Positions 31,195 through 42,021 are shown, counted from the first letter of the stretch. The stretch is 64,000 bases of DNA from Myxococcota bacterium (GCA_039028615.1 JBCCHT010000049.1:29514-93513), one strand, 5' to 3'. Translations and numbers: made by a program. The notes: generated by a model from the sequence alone, not told the origin.

Positions 31195-32396
31195 GCACCG
31201 AGATCCGAGTTCCGCAAATGGGAGAATCGGTCACCGAAGGGGTGATCGCACAATGGCTCAAGCGCAAGGGCGACACCGTCGCCGCGGACGAGCCCGTCAT
31301 CGAGGTCGAGACCGACAAGATCACCGTAGAGGTTCCCGCGCCCGCCGCTGGCGTGCTCGTCGAGCTGAGCGTCAGCGAGGGTGACACGGTCGGAGTCGGC
31401 GACATCTTGGGCAAGATCGACACCTCGGCGCAGCCCACCCAGTCGGCGCCCGCCGCCGATACGCCCGCCCAGGCGGCCCCGGCGGCCAGCAGCGGCACCG
31501 CGCCCGCGATGCCGTCGGCCCGGGCCGAAGCACGCCGCCGTGGGGTCGAGCTCGACGGGGTGGCCGGCAGCGGCCGTGGGGGACGCATCCTCAAGGAGGA
31601 CGTCATCAAGGCCGCGCAGGCGCCTGCCCCCGCGCCCGCACCCGCCCCGGCGCGCGTCGTCAGCACGCCTCCGCCTCCGCCGGCCGTGACCGGCGAGCGT
31701 ACCGAGGAGCGCAAGACCATGTCGCCCATCCGCCGTCGGGTGGCCGAGCGTCTGGTGCAGTCGCAAAAGGGCACCGCCACGCTCACGACCTTCAACGAGG
31801 TCGACATGTCGGCGGTCATCAGCCTGCGCAAGCGCTACAAGGAGCAGTTCATCAAGCGCCACGGCATCAAGCTGGGCTTCATGTCCTTCTTCGTGAAGGC
31901 GGCCTGCGAGGCGCTCAAGGAGTTCCCGCCCGTCAACGCCGAGATCGACGGCGACGACGTCATCTACAAGCACTACTACGACATCGGCGTGGCCGTGGGC
32001 GGCGGCAAGGGCCTGGTGGTCCCCGTCATTCGCGATGCCGATCGTCGCGGCTTCGCCAACGTCGAGGCGGCCATCGCCGACTTCGGCGCGCGGGCCCAGG
32101 CCAACAAGCTGACCCTCGACGAGCTCCAGGGCGGCACCTTCACCGTGTCCAACGGCGGGGTCTACGGCTCGATGCTCTCGACGCCGATCCTCAACCCCCC
32201 GCAGACCGGCATCCTCGGCCTGCACAACATCGTCGAGCGCCCGGTGGCCATCGACGGCAAGGTCGAGATTCGGCCCATCATGTACCTGGCGCTGAGCTAC
32301 GACCATCGGCTCATCGATGGCCGTGAAGCGGTGCAGTTCCTGGTGCGGATCAAGCAACTCATCGAGGATCCCGAGCGCCTGCTCCTGGATGTGTGA
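31191..32396 (+). CDS. sucB: Dihydrolipoamide succinyltransferase E2
   Basis: Lipoyl ETDKI, E3-binding [13 protein letters not shown], catalytic DHRLIDG. Confidence 0.98.
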
Positions 32397-32401
32397 GCGT
32401 C

Positions 32402-33811
32402 ATGAGCGAGTCCTTCGATCTCATCGTCATCGGCGCGGGCCCAGGCGGCTACGTGGCGGCGATTCGGGCCGCCCAGCTCGGCATGAGCGTGGCCTGCGTG
32501 GACAAGAACCCCCAGCTGGGGGGCACCTGCCTGCGGGTGGGCTGTATCCCAAGCAAGGCGCTGCTCGAGTCCAGTGAGCGCTACTACGAGGCCCGGACCG
32601 GCGGCTTCGACAATCACGGCATCGGGCTCGGCGAGGTCTCCCTCGACCTCCAGGCGATGCTCGCTCGCAAGGACGAGATCGTCACGCAGCTGACCCGCGG
32701 CGTCGCCGGGCTGTTCAAGAAGAACGGCGTGAAGGCCTTCCACGGCACGGGGCGGCTGAAGGGCAACGGCCAGGTCGAGGTCACCCCGCTCTCCGCCAAG
32801 GAGTCGGCGCAGGTGATCACGGGCAAGCGCATCCTCATCGCCACCGGCTCCACCCCAGCCTCCATCCCGGGCGTCGACCTCGACGGTGACCGCATCGGTA
32901 CCTCCACCGAGGCACTGTCCTTCCCCGAGGTGCCCGAGCGCCTGGTCGTCATCGGCGGCGGCGTCATCGGCCTCGAGATGGGCTCGGTCTGGAACCGGCT
33001 CGGCTCCGAGGTCGTGGTGCTCGAGTACATGCCCGACTTCCTGCCCACCTGCGACGTGGAGATCGCCCGCCATGCCAAGCGCGCGTTCACCAAGCAGGGG
33101 CTGAAGATCAACCTCGGGGTCAAGGTCACCGGGGCTCAGGTCGCGGGCGACAAGGTCACCGTCTCCTACGAAGAGGGCGGCGAGGCCAAGGTCATCGAGG
33201 CGGATCGCGTGCTCGTGTCGACCGGGCGTAGGCCCAACACCGAGGGGCTCGGGGCTCGCGAGCTCGGCGTCACCATGGACGCCCGCGGCTTCATCACCGT
33301 GGACGACCACTTCGCGACCAACATCGAGGGCGTCTACGCCATCGGCGACGTCATCATCGGCCCCATGCTCGCGCACAAAGCCGAGGAAGAGGGCGTGGCC
33401 GCGGTGGAGCTGATGGCCGGGTTGCCCGGTCACCTCAACTACGACGCCATTCCCGGCATCATCTACACGCACCCCGAGGTCGCGACCATCGGCAAGACCG
33501 AGCAGGAGCTCAAGGCGGCGGGCGTGCCCTACACCAAGGGGTCCTTCCCCTTCGCCGCCAACGGTCGAGCCAAGGCGATGGCCGAGACCGACGGCATCGT
33601 CAAGATCTTGGCCCACGCCGAGACCGACCGCGTGCTCGGGTTTCACGTCGTCGGGCCCCACGCCAGCGATCTTGCGGCGGAGGGCGCGGTCGCCATGGAG
33701 TTCTCGGCCAGCGCCGAGGACCTCGCCCGCAGCGTGCACGCGCACCCGACCCTCAGCGAGGTGGTCAAAGAGGCCGCCCTCGCCGCGGGGGGTCGCGTCA
33801 TCCACATCTGA
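32402..33811 (+). CDS. lpdA: Dihydrolipoamide dehydrogenase E3
   Basis: GAGPGG, GGTCLRVGCIPSK, GGGVIGLE, HAHPTLSE. Confidence 0.98.
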   Translation: MSESFDLIVIGAGPGGYVAAIRAAQLGMSVACVDKNPQLGGTCLRVGCIPSKALLESSERYYEARTGGFDNHGIGLGEVSLDLQAMLARKDEIVTQLTRGVAGLFKKNGVKAFHGTGRLKGNGQVEVTPLSAKESAQVITGKRILIATGSTPASIPGVDLDGDRIGTSTEALSFPEVPERLVVIGGGVIGLEMGSVWNRLGSEVVVLEYMPDFLPTCDVEIARHAKRAFTKQGLKINLGVKVTGAQVAGDKVTVSYEEGGEAKVIEADRVLVSTGRRPNTEGLGARELGVTMDARGFITVDDHFATNIEGVYAIGDVIIGPMLAHKAEEEGVAAVELMAGLPGHLNYDAIPGIIYTHPEVATIGKTEQELKAAGVPYTKGSFPFAANGRAKAMAETDGIVKILAHAETDRVLGFHVVGPHASDLAAEGAVAMEFSASAEDLARSVHAHPTLSEVVKEAALAAGGRVIHI

Positions 33812-33896
33812 ACGACGGCGAACTCGTCGCTCGACTCGCACCGCACTCACGCCGCCCGGGGGCTCGCTGGCTCGCCGGGCGGTGTAGAGTCGCCGC

Positions 33897-35609
33897 GTGA
33901 ACAACGGTCGTCGGTTCCCGTTTGCCGTGCTGCTCTCGCTTGCCGTGGCGTGCAGCGGCGGCACGAGTGATGCCCCCAAGGACTCCGCCGAGGCGAAGAA
34001 GGCCGAGGTCGGCAAGGCCGACGCCAAAGCGAAGTCCGCCGACTCACCGCTGACGGTCGAGTTCCTGCGGCGGCACATCGAGGTCTTGTCCCACGACGAC
34101 ATGGAGGGGCGACGACCGGGCAGCCCGGGCGGGGCCAAGGCGGTCGCGTACATCAAGGCGCAGATGGAGGCGCTCGGCCTTCAGCCCGCGGGGGACGAGG
34201 GCGGCTTCACTCAGGCGGTGCCGATGCGAGCCTTGAAGCTCGACCCCGCGCGTTCGTGGCTGAAGCTCGGCGAGGGCAAGGCGGCGCCGCAGCCCCTGGA
34301 GATGGGCAAGGAGATCGTCGCGGGCAGCATGGGCCCGGCGGGCACGACCCAGCTCGACGCGCCGCTGGTGTTCGTCGGCTACGGCGTGACCGCGCCCGAG
34401 CACGACTGGGACGACTACGAGGGCGTGGACGTGCGGGGCAAGATCGCGGTGGTGTTCGTGGGTGATCCCCCGGTCACCGACGGTCGCTTCGGCGGTCCGG
34501 CCATGACCTACTACGGTCGTTGGACCTACAAGTTCGAGCGTGCCCTCGAAGCGGGCGCGGCTGGCTGCCTCGTCATCCACGAGACCAAGCCCGCGTCCTA
34601 CGGGTGGAACGTCGTCGAGAGCAGCTGGTCGGGGGAACGCTTCGCACTGGGGGCGCCCGGCGGCGAGGCGACGCCGGCTCTCGATCTCCAGGGCTGGATG
34701 CACCGCGATCTGGCGGAGCGCTTGGCCGCCAGCGTCGGCGACAGCCTCGAGGGCTGGCACAAAAAGGCGCTCGAGGCCGACTTCGAGGCGGTGGAGCTGC
34801 CCTCGCGGCTCGTGGCCGAGGTGGTGACCACCGAGCGCGGCATCGAAGACGTCAACGTGCTGGGCAGCATTCGCGGGAGCGAGAAGCCCGACGAGCACGT
34901 GCTGATCACCGCCCACTGGGACCATCTGGGGGTCAAGCCCGATCCGAAGCCGGGCGAGGACGCGATCTTCAACGGGGCGGTCGACAACGCCAGCGGCATC
35001 GCGGGGATGCTCGGGGTGGCGGCGGTCCTGCAACAACGCGCCCGCGCGGGTAAGGGACCCAAGCGCAGCGTCACCTTGCTCGCCACCACCGCGGAGGAAC
35101 AGGGCTTGCTCGGCAGCAAGCACTTCGCGGCTCACCCCTTGATGCCGCTGGAGTCGATCGTCGCAGTCGCCAACCTCGACAGCATGAACGTCCAGGGGCG
35201 AACCCTGACGGTGGCCATTCCCGGCAAGGGGCAGACCACGCTCGAGGACGTGCTGGCCGACGTCGTGAAGGCGCAGGGGCGGCGGGTCATCGGGGACGAG
35301 CGCCCGGAGGCGGGCAGCTACTACCGGTCGGATCACTTCAGCCTCGCCAAGCGAGGTGTTCCCGCCATCACCTTCCACGGCGGCAAGGAGCTGGAGGAGG
35401 GCGGCATCGCAGCCGGGCAGGCGCAAGCGGCCGAGAGGGCCAAGCGCTATCACACCGTCAGCGACGAGTACGACGCGGCGTGGCCATTGACCGGTGCACT
35501 GCAAGACGCCGAGGCGGTGCTCGAGCTGGTGTCGCGCGTGGCCGATGAGCCAAAGCCGCCGCAATGGACGGCCGCGAGCGAATTCGCCAAGCTACGGCCG
35601 CCGACGTAG
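33897..35609 (+). CDS. M28 family metallopeptidase lipoprotein with PA domain
   Basis: Lipobox AVAC; AHWDH, GAVDNASG, AEEQGLLGS, YHTVSDE. Confidence 0.93.
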   Translation: MNNGRRFPFAVLLSLAVACSGGTSDAPKDSAEAKKAEVGKADAKAKSADSPLTVEFLRRHIEVLSHDDMEGRRPGSPGGAKAVAYIKAQMEALGLQPAGDEGGFTQAVPMRALKLDPARSWLKLGEGKAAPQPLEMGKEIVAGSMGPAGTTQLDAPLVFVGYGVTAPEHDWDDYEGVDVRGKIAVVFVGDPPVTDGRFGGPAMTYYGRWTYKFERALEAGAAGCLVIHETKPASYGWNVVESSWSGERFALGAPGGEATPALDLQGWMHRDLAERLAASVGDSLEGWHKKALEADFEAVELPSRLVAEVVTTERGIEDVNVLGSIRGSEKPDEHVLITAHWDHLGVKPDPKPGEDAIFNGAVDNASGIAGMLGVAAVLQQRARAGKGPKRSVTLLATTAEEQGLLGSKHFAAHPLMPLESIVAVANLDSMNVQGRTLTVAIPGKGQTTLEDVLADVVKAQGRRVIGDERPEAGSYYRSDHFSLAKRGVPAITFHGGKELEEGGIAAGQAQAAERAKRYHTVSDEYDAAWPLTGALQDAEAVLELVSRVADEPKPPQWTAASEFAKLRPPT

Positions 35610-35720
35610 GGGGCGACCCTCCTTCGTCGGTCGATCCACTGACGCGAGCGGTCAGTACCAAGCTGGGCCTCGCGGTCGCGGTATTCCGATCTGCCGCGGG
35701 CCTGCTAAGCTGGTGGGACT

Positions 35721-37286
35721 ATGGCGCACAGGGTCCGCCCCAAGGGTTCGGCACGCCGCACGGTGGCGGGCGCTCGTCGTACGGTGGCGGGCCGGGCCTC
35801 CGCGCCCTTGGTCACCCTCGACGACCGACCCCTGCGTATCGCGGCCAGCCGTGACGGCAAGCGCCTGCTGGTGACCCTGCCCTACGAAGTCTGGGTGATC
35901 GGGGCCAGCACGCTCGAAGTCGAGCGCACCATCGCGCTCAAGAGTGCCAGTCCCAGCGTGTTCGAGGGCGACGAGGGTCTGCTGTGGCTCGGCGGGCAGC
36001 ACCTGCACCGCGGCACCATGTTCAGCACCGCGGCGGCCAAGGTCGGCTCCAAGCTCGGCGGTTTCGTCGATCACGTGTGCCAGATTCGTTCGCGGCTTCT
36101 GTGTGGTGTCGGCAATACCGGCGAGGTGCTCTGGGACATCGAAAAAGAGCAGGTCGTCCACCGCCGCAAGACCTCCGATCACGAGGTGCTCGGGCTGGTG
36201 CCGCTGCCCGACGGGCGCGCGGTATGGGCGGGCGGTGAGTCCCACGCCTGGGTCATCGATCCCGACCACCCGTCGGGCTACACCAAGCTCAAGCTCAAGC
36301 ACACCAGCGAGGGCGAGGTCCCGGCCGAGGCCATCGTGGCGCTCGGTCAGCTGCGCAAAGGCGGCTGCGTGCTCGCGGCGCGCGACGGCACCGTGGGCTG
36401 GACCAACCGAGCGCTGCGCATCGTGGGCGAGCATCGTCCCGCGGGTGATGGCGCCACGCCGCCGCTGGCCGTCGCCGCGGCCGAGCGCTGGGTCTACGTG
36501 CTGCGCCCGGCCGGCGTGCTGCAGCGCTTCCTGCTCGAGGCGCCCAAGGACGACGAGGACGATCCGCCGCCCTTGGCCGAGCAATGCCGCCTCAAGCGAC
36601 TCGCCACCTGCCTGGCCGTGCTCGACGACGGCATCGTGGTGCTCGGGGGCTCGCATGCCGACGACCAGCTCGGTCGACTCTGGCGCCAAGACCCGTCGGC
36701 GCTGGAGTGGCAGCCGCTGAAGCTCGGGCGCCGTCGCCTGGTCGAGCCCGAGCCCGAGCCCGAGCCCGAAGGCAACAAGGCCCCCAGCTTCATCGCCACG
36801 CGGACCAAGGTCAGCGGCTCGCCGCTGTCGGCCATCAAGGTCGACGCCGTGCTCGCGGGCAAGCCGGGGCTGTGGGTCACCAAGACCACCGGGAACCTCG
36901 TGGAGCGACCGGTGCAGGTGGTGCCCCCTTCCGACGTGCTGCCCGGCGACGCGGTGTTGCTGCCCGCCATGGTGCGCGCCCACGAGGGCACGGCCCGGCC
37001 CGCTTTGCTGCTGTGGCCCGGCGTCGCCGACGAAGATCGCGAGCTGGTCGCCACCCAGTGGCTGGTATGGGGCGACGAGCCGCGCGGGTGGATGTGCCTC
37101 CAGACCCCGGAGATTCGGGCGCAGGGGTGGTCGCGACGCGACGTGTTCCCCTTGCAGATCGCCCTGCCGCGGGCGTTGCCCGAGCTCGCCGGGCGCCGGG
37201 TTCGGCTGCCCGATCGCTGGGTCGACGGCGAGCTGTTCAGCGCCCTGGGCCGCGAGTGCAAGAAGCTGCTCAAGGTCCTGTGGTGA
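35721..37286 (+). CDS. Hypothetical protein with probable beta-propeller N-terminus, an (EP)n linker and a C-terminal domain
   Basis: Repeated short beta-strand/WD-like units (VLWDIE, AWVIDP); EPEPEPEPE linker at ~36744-36770. Confidence 0.7.
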   Translation: MAHRVRPKGSARRTVAGARRTVAGRASAPLVTLDDRPLRIAASRDGKRLLVTLPYEVWVIGASTLEVERTIALKSASPSVFEGDEGLLWLGGQHLHRGTMFSTAAAKVGSKLGGFVDHVCQIRSRLLCGVGNTGEVLWDIEKEQVVHRRKTSDHEVLGLVPLPDGRAVWAGGESHAWVIDPDHPSGYTKLKLKHTSEGEVPAEAIVALGQLRKGGCVLAARDGTVGWTNRALRIVGEHRPAGDGATPPLAVAAAERWVYVLRPAGVLQRFLLEAPKDDEDDPPPLAEQCRLKRLATCLAVLDDGIVVLGGSHADDQLGRLWRQDPSALEWQPLKLGRRRLVEPEPEPEPEGNKAPSFIATRTKVSGSPLSAIKVDAVLAGKPGLWVTKTTGNLVERPVQVVPPSDVLPGDAVLLPAMVRAHEGTARPALLLWPGVADEDRELVATQWLVWGDEPRGWMCLQTPEIRAQGWSRRDVFPLQIALPRALPELAGRRVRLPDRWVDGELFSALGRECKKLLKVLW

Positions 37287-38241
37287 GCGGTCGGGTGCGC
37301 GGCACCGAAGTCTGCGCGGAGCCGCGGCGGGGCGTGGCTGTCCGATCGTAACGCCCGGTGACGATCGCCCAGTCGTGGTGGGCCTTCACGCACGAGACCA
37401 GCATGGCTGCGTACTGGCGGGTCGACTCGTCGTGCGAGGAGGCGGTGAACTCGTGCGCCCGGGCGATGAACTGCCAGCGGCGCTGCTCGAACAGCTCGCT
37501 CGCGGCTCGCTGCGCCTGCCGGTCCCCCGCGCGCTCGAGCACGAACACGAGGTTGTTCGACGACGTCCCGCGCTCCTTGTCCACCGTCTTCAGGTCGTTT
37601 TCCCACCCCACCAGGTCACAGGCCCACATCTCGAGCTCCTGCAGGCGGGGCTGGGGCTCGGGCAGCGGCAGCCCGGTCAGGATGGGGAAGAGCGAGAAGA
37701 TCACTGGCATCCCCGAGGTCGTGCGCCGCAGCTCGATGTAGCGGGCGAGGTTCGGCTCGACCCCCTGATCGCACATCGATGCCTCTTTCACATACGCGGT
37801 GAACAGCTCGTCGATGCGGTGGTGGAAGGACTCCAGCATCGACGCATCCCAGCCCGCCATCGAGCGAGAGAAGCGGGCGCAGGCGCGGCCGAGGGCGCTC
37901 TCCGGGCGGAACCGCGAACGACCCGACAGCTGCAGCGCGAGGTCGTCGAGCTGCGCGAGCAGCTGCCGCGCCGAGCAGTCGCTGCCGTCTGCGAGGTCGT
38001 CGATGGCGCAGAACAGGAGGATCCAGGCCGCGGCGAGCGTGCGCCCGTCCGAGGACGTGCGCGGGAAGGCAGCGTCCACCACGTAGTCGATGCGCAGCCC
38101 CTCCACCGTTCGTTCGCTCCACAGCTCGGTCAGGCCCGCGCGCTCGGCCCACTCCAGGAGCCGTTCGCTCAGCCGCTTCGAGCTTCGTCGTCGAAGGCCG
38201 TGGTCATTGCGGAGCGCGGTCGAATCGTGAATCGCCAACAT
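37270..38241 (-). CDS. Class I terpene synthase/cyclase (single domain)
   Basis: DDLAD (DDxxD), RRTTSG (pyrophosphate-sensor Arg), NDLKTVDKE (NSE), WAIVTGRY (WxxxxxRY). Confidence 0.9.
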   Translation of the reverse strand: MLAIHDSTALRNDHGLRRRSSKRLSERLLEWAERAGLTELWSERTVEGLRIDYVVDAAFPRTSSDGRTLAAAWILLFCAIDDLADGSDCSARQLLAQLDDLALQLSGRSRFRPESALGRACARFSRSMAGWDASMLESFHHRIDELFTAYVKEASMCDQGVEPNLARYIELRRTTSGMPVIFSLFPILTGLPLPEPQPRLQELEMWACDLVGWENDLKTVDKERGTSSNNLVFVLERAGDRQAQRAASELFEQRRWQFIARAHEFTASSHDESTRQYAAMLVSCVKAHHDWAIVTGRYDRTATPRRGSAQTSVPRTRPLTTGP

Positions 38242-38352
38242 CGTCGAATCCCTCGTGGCGCCGTCTCGGCCCCAACTCCGAGGGCGGCGTACTCGATGAG
38301 GTCCGCGAGGTGCGGTGTTGGATCACGAAACCAGTGAATTGACTCGAGTCGG

Positions 38353-39234
38353 CTACGAAGCCAGCTGTGTCGCTCGCTCTGCGATGCGGTCGACGAACAT
38401 GCGGGTGCGCTGTGGTAGCAGCCGCTTGGCGGGATAAATGGCGTATAGGGGCCGTGGCATGCCCTCCCAGGGCTCGACGACCGCCAGCTGCTTGCGGGCG
38501 ACCTCGTCGGCCACGAGCAGCCACGGCATCGATGCCAGGCCCACTCCTCCCGCCAGCAGCGACACCTGCCCCTCGAGGCCGCTGCACCGCGCGACGAAGC
38601 GCGGGGTGATGGTGCGACTCTCGTCCGAGCCCCCCTTGCGGAGCACGATGTCGCCGGAGCGGACCGCCTCGTGCCCAATCCATGGCTCCTGGGCGAGCTC
38701 GTCGAGGGTGGCCTTGCGCAGCCGTTTGGCGATCTCGGGGGCCGCCACCACGCGCAGGGGAGTCTCGCCCAGGCGGCGGGCGATGAGCCGCGAGTCCTCG
38801 AGCCGCGCCATGCGAATCGCGACGTCGATCCCGTCCTCGACCAGATCGCGGACACGGTCGTCGACCATGAACTCGGCCTGTAGGTCCGGGTATGCTCGCA
38901 GCATCTCGCTGAGCACCGGGGCCACCAGCGTCGTCGCGATGCCCGAGGGGCACGTCACCCGCAGTCGCCCCGCCGGGTGCTGACGCCGACCTTCGAAGAG
39001 CGTACGCGCCTCTCCCCATGCATCCAAGGCCGCTTCCATGCGCTCGATGAGCACGCCGCCTTCGTCCGTCAGCCGCAGCTTCCGGGTCGAGCGCTCGAGT
39101 AGCTTGACCCCCAGCGAGTCCTCGAGCGTACGTACGTGATCACTCAGCGTGCTGCGGCCCATGTTCAACGCTTCGGCCGCCTTGGAGAACGACCCCGCGC
39201 GTGCCACCGCCACGAACAGGGCGGCCTTGCCCAT
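38353..39234 (-). CDS. LysR family transcriptional regulator (CrgA-like)
   Basis: FVAVARAGSFSKAA...LEDSLGVKLLERSTR; DLVEDGIDVAIR. Alternative start at 39291. Confidence 0.93.
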   Translation of the reverse strand: MGKAALFVAVARAGSFSKAAEALNMGRSTLSDHVRTLEDSLGVKLLERSTRKLRLTDEGGVLIERMEAALDAWGEARTLFEGRRQHPAGRLRVTCPSGIATTLVAPVLSEMLRAYPDLQAEFMVDDRVRDLVEDGIDVAIRMARLEDSRLIARRLGETPLRVVAAPEIAKRLRKATLDELAQEPWIGHEAVRSGDIVLRKGGSDESRTITPRFVARCSGLEGQVSLLAGGVGLASMPWLLVADEVARKQLAVVEPWEGMPRPLYAIYPAKRLLPQRTRMFVDRIAERATQLAS

Positions 39235-39338
39235 GTGCTCGGTGCCTTCGGGGATTGTTCGGGAATTCCGACGCTTCGATCCTCGCTTCATGGCTGGCCT
39301 CGGGCGCAGTCTACCGCGCGGAGTCGAGGCCCATGGCG

Positions 39339-40181
39339 CTACTGCTGGACGCAGAAGATCGGGAGCGCCGAGGAGCAGGTCACGTTGGCGCAGTTTTCGG
39401 TCCAGGACCAGTTGAGCCCCGGGGTGCCCCAGTCGCCGACTTCGCTGGTGGTACCGGGGGTGGTGGCGTCCCAGCTGCTGCAGTCGCGCTCGGTGGCCAC
39501 GGTGCCGTGCACGGTGGTGTTGGTCCAGACTTCGCGGCCGGCACAGATGAACGTCTGCAGCGGGGGGCCGCCCCACTCGTCGAGGTCGATGGGGGCCTCG
39601 AGCTCGCCATCGGTGAAATCTTCCCAGTCGTCGGCGATGATGACCTCGTCGGCGCGCATGAAGGGATCGTCGCCGTGCACCATGTGGATGGACGGCGAGC
39701 TGACCTGGGTGCTGAGCCAGGCCCGGAAGCTGCCGTCCCACCCGGCGTTGTGGGCCAGCTCGGTGCACAGGCTATGGGCGCCCTCGAGGCCACCCATGCC
39801 GCCGGTGAAGGGCTCGCTGGAGACGAAGACGAGACGGGGGAACCGGCACTCGCCCTCGATGCACACGCCGTCGCAATCCTCGGGCTCGCAAAACGGCGGC
39901 GGGCCATCGTCTTCGGCACCAGTGTCGACGAGGCCGGACTCTTCGCTGGGGCCGGTATCGAAGCTTCCGGTGGGATCGACGTTGGTCGTGGCCGGAGTCG
40001 TGGTGGCGACGCCCGAGGTGGCGGGTGGATCGACGGAGTCGTCGTTGGCCGCGGTGGTGCCGAGCCCGGTGCTGGACGACGGACCATCGGCGCCCGCGGG
40101 CGCGCCACGGTCGAAATTGGGGTTCGCCGCCGTACATCCACTCACCCCGAGGCTCAAAGCAAGAACAAGCCAGCGCGTCAT
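39339..40181 (-). CDS. Lipoprotein with T/D-rich linker and a DUF1554 (endostatin-like) domain
   Basis: Lipobox VSGC; VFVSS...GGLEGAHSLC..LA......FRAWLS...VWT...C..W...IFCVQQ. Confidence 0.82.
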   Translation of the reverse strand: MTRWLVLALSLGVSGCTAANPNFDRGAPAGADGPSSSTGLGTTAANDDSVDPPATSGVATTTPATTNVDPTGSFDTGPSEESGLVDTGAEDDGPPPFCEPEDCDGVCIEGECRFPRLVFVSSEPFTGGMGGLEGAHSLCTELAHNAGWDGSFRAWLSTQVSSPSIHMVHGDDPFMRADEVIIADDWEDFTDGELEAPIDLDEWGGPPLQTFICAGREVWTNTTVHGTVATERDCSSWDATTPGTTSEVGDWGTPGLNWSWTENCANVTCSSALPIFCVQQ

Positions 40182-40296
40182 CGGTCCGAACGCAGCGTAG
40201 CTCGATTCTCGGCAAAGAAAACCCCGGTAGACGGTCGAATTCGGGAGAACGAGAGAAATCCGCAATCGACCGGCAGCCCGGCGCACCGACCCCTTC

Positions 40297-40986
40297 GTGC
40301 GCAACACGAGACTCACCCTGTGGTTGGCCGCGGCCACGCTTTGCGGCGGTGCCTGTATCAGCTCCGATGGCGACGGCGAGGCGGACACGGACGCGAGTCC
40401 GGCCGCGACCACGTCGACTGGATCCACCACCGCGTCGGAGCCCAGTGGCTCCAGCGAAGCGGCGACGAGCTCCGGGCCCGGATCGAGCGGCGAAGCGTCC
40501 ACCCGCGGGACCGACCCCGGCACGGACGACTCGTCGGGCAGCCTGGACGAAAGCTCCGGTACGACGGAGGGCGCGACCGGGTGCTCGTTCCCGGACGAGG
40601 TGTTCCTGACCGGCTTGATGACCGATGGCTGGGCGTACCTGTGCTACGACCCCGATACCGAAGCCTGCGGCCTGGTGCAGGGCGAGTTCGAAGAGATCGA
40701 CCCCTGCGGCGAGATTTCGGGGACGCCCGCGCTGCAGTTCTTTCACGCCATCGGGTTGGGGGACCTGTCGATCCGGGCAGAGCCGGACTCGATCAACGCG
40801 TGGGAGTTGCTGACCACCACCCAGGGCGATCTGTCGCCAGAGATCATCGACGAGCTGCCCTTCGACACGCCGATGGTGGTGACCTTGCGGCCCGTGGGGA
40901 CCGACGTGACCTACGAGCTGTCGATCAACTTCGGGTTCATGGGCGCGGCCTTGGCTCAGATCGAGTCGTTCGAGGTGGTGCGATGA
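40297..40986 (+). CDS. Lipoprotein with S/T-rich linker
   Basis: Signal peptide ending GGAC; low-complexity linker; globular C-terminus. Confidence 0.78.
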   Translation: MRNTRLTLWLAAATLCGGACISSDGDGEADTDASPAATTSTGSTTASEPSGSSEAATSSGPGSSGEASTRGTDPGTDDSSGSLDESSGTTEGATGCSFPDEVFLTGLMTDGWAYLCYDPDTEACGLVQGEFEEIDPCGEISGTPALQFFHAIGLGDLSIRAEPDSINAWELLTTTQGDLSPEIIDELPFDTPMVVTLRPVGTDVTYELSINFGFMGAALAQIESFEVVR

Positions 40987-42008
40987 GGCGCTGGGCGAGC
41001 GTCGCCGCGGTGAGCCTGTGCATCGGCTGCACGACGGATCCGAAGGGGGAGGAGGACGTCGACGACGACTTCATTCCGATGACCACGACCGCCACGGGCA
41101 CCGAGGGAACGGGCGCGGGCAATGGACCCGGGAGTGGTCCGTCAGCAGCCGATACGACCACGGACGACCCCGCGACGACCGGTGAACCAGAGACGCCCAT
41201 CGAGTGCCAGGACGAGGTCCTACCCCCCGGTATCCCGGGGAGCTGCCTGGACGCGGTCTTGGACTTCATGGCGTCGTTCGGCGGGGTGTCGAGCGAAGAG
41301 GACCTGGCCGCGCTGTGCAGCCGAGTGCGGGCGGCGTCGGACTTCGTGCTCCTGCACTCGAGCGAGGAGGTGATGACGCCCTCGGGAGACATCGACTGGA
41401 CCCTCTTCAAGGGCTACCTGTTCGCCGTGATCGACGAGATGGAAGCGGCGGAAGCCGCCGACGCGCGGCCCTGTGGCGAGCACGACGACCTGCTCACGCT
41501 GTGTCTGGAGCCGTTCGCCGGCTTGGTCTCGGGCGGCCCCGTGGCGGCGCTCGGGGACGGGCCCGCGTTGGTCGTCACCGGAATCATGCAGGGGCCCATT
41601 CCCATGGACGACCCCGATCAGCACGCCCAGTTCGGGTTCGTGTTCGAGACCGACGGCGATGCTTCGAACGACTGGCAGGCCCAGCCACCCTTCACCTTCG
41701 ACTTCTTCCAGGGCACGGACCTGTGGATTCAGGCGCTATACGACCCGGCCACGGGCTGGTCGATGGAGGCGGCGAGAATCGAGGGCGGCTCGTCCATCGT
41801 GCCCTACGAAAGCGGCGCTCGAATCGTGATCGACGGGGCGACTGTGTACGCCATCGTTCCGATGGAAGAGCTCGGCGGAGACTGCCCGCGGGCGCGGCTG
41901 ACCGCGTTTGCCCACGGGGGTGACTTTGGCCTCCAGCCGCCGCACACGTGGTCGGGCGACAACGAGCTGCCCATCGATCAGCCGATGCTGGTGTCGTGCC
42001 GAGCCTGA
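40983..42008 (+). CDS. Lipoprotein, translationally coupled to the upstream gene
   Basis: ATGA overlap at 40983-40986; MRRWASVAAVSLCIGC; GAGGTGG RBS. Confidence 0.8.
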   Translation: MRRWASVAAVSLCIGCTTDPKGEEDVDDDFIPMTTTATGTEGTGAGNGPGSGPSAADTTTDDPATTGEPETPIECQDEVLPPGIPGSCLDAVLDFMASFGGVSSEEDLAALCSRVRAASDFVLLHSSEEVMTPSGDIDWTLFKGYLFAVIDEMEAAEAADARPCGEHDDLLTLCLEPFAGLVSGGPVAALGDGPALVVTGIMQGPIPMDDPDQHAQFGFVFETDGDASNDWQAQPPFTFDFFQGTDLWIQALYDPATGWSMEAARIEGGSSIVPYESGARIVIDGATVYAIVPMEELGGDCPRARLTAFAHGGDFGLQPPHTWSGDNELPIDQPMLVSCRA

Positions 42009-42021
42009 GCGTCGCTTCGGC

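Noticed and set aside
39201..40982. N-terminal part of the 935-aa ORF 39201..42008
   Set aside because: Overlaps real genes in other frames; the credible start is ATG 40983 with RBS and lipobox.
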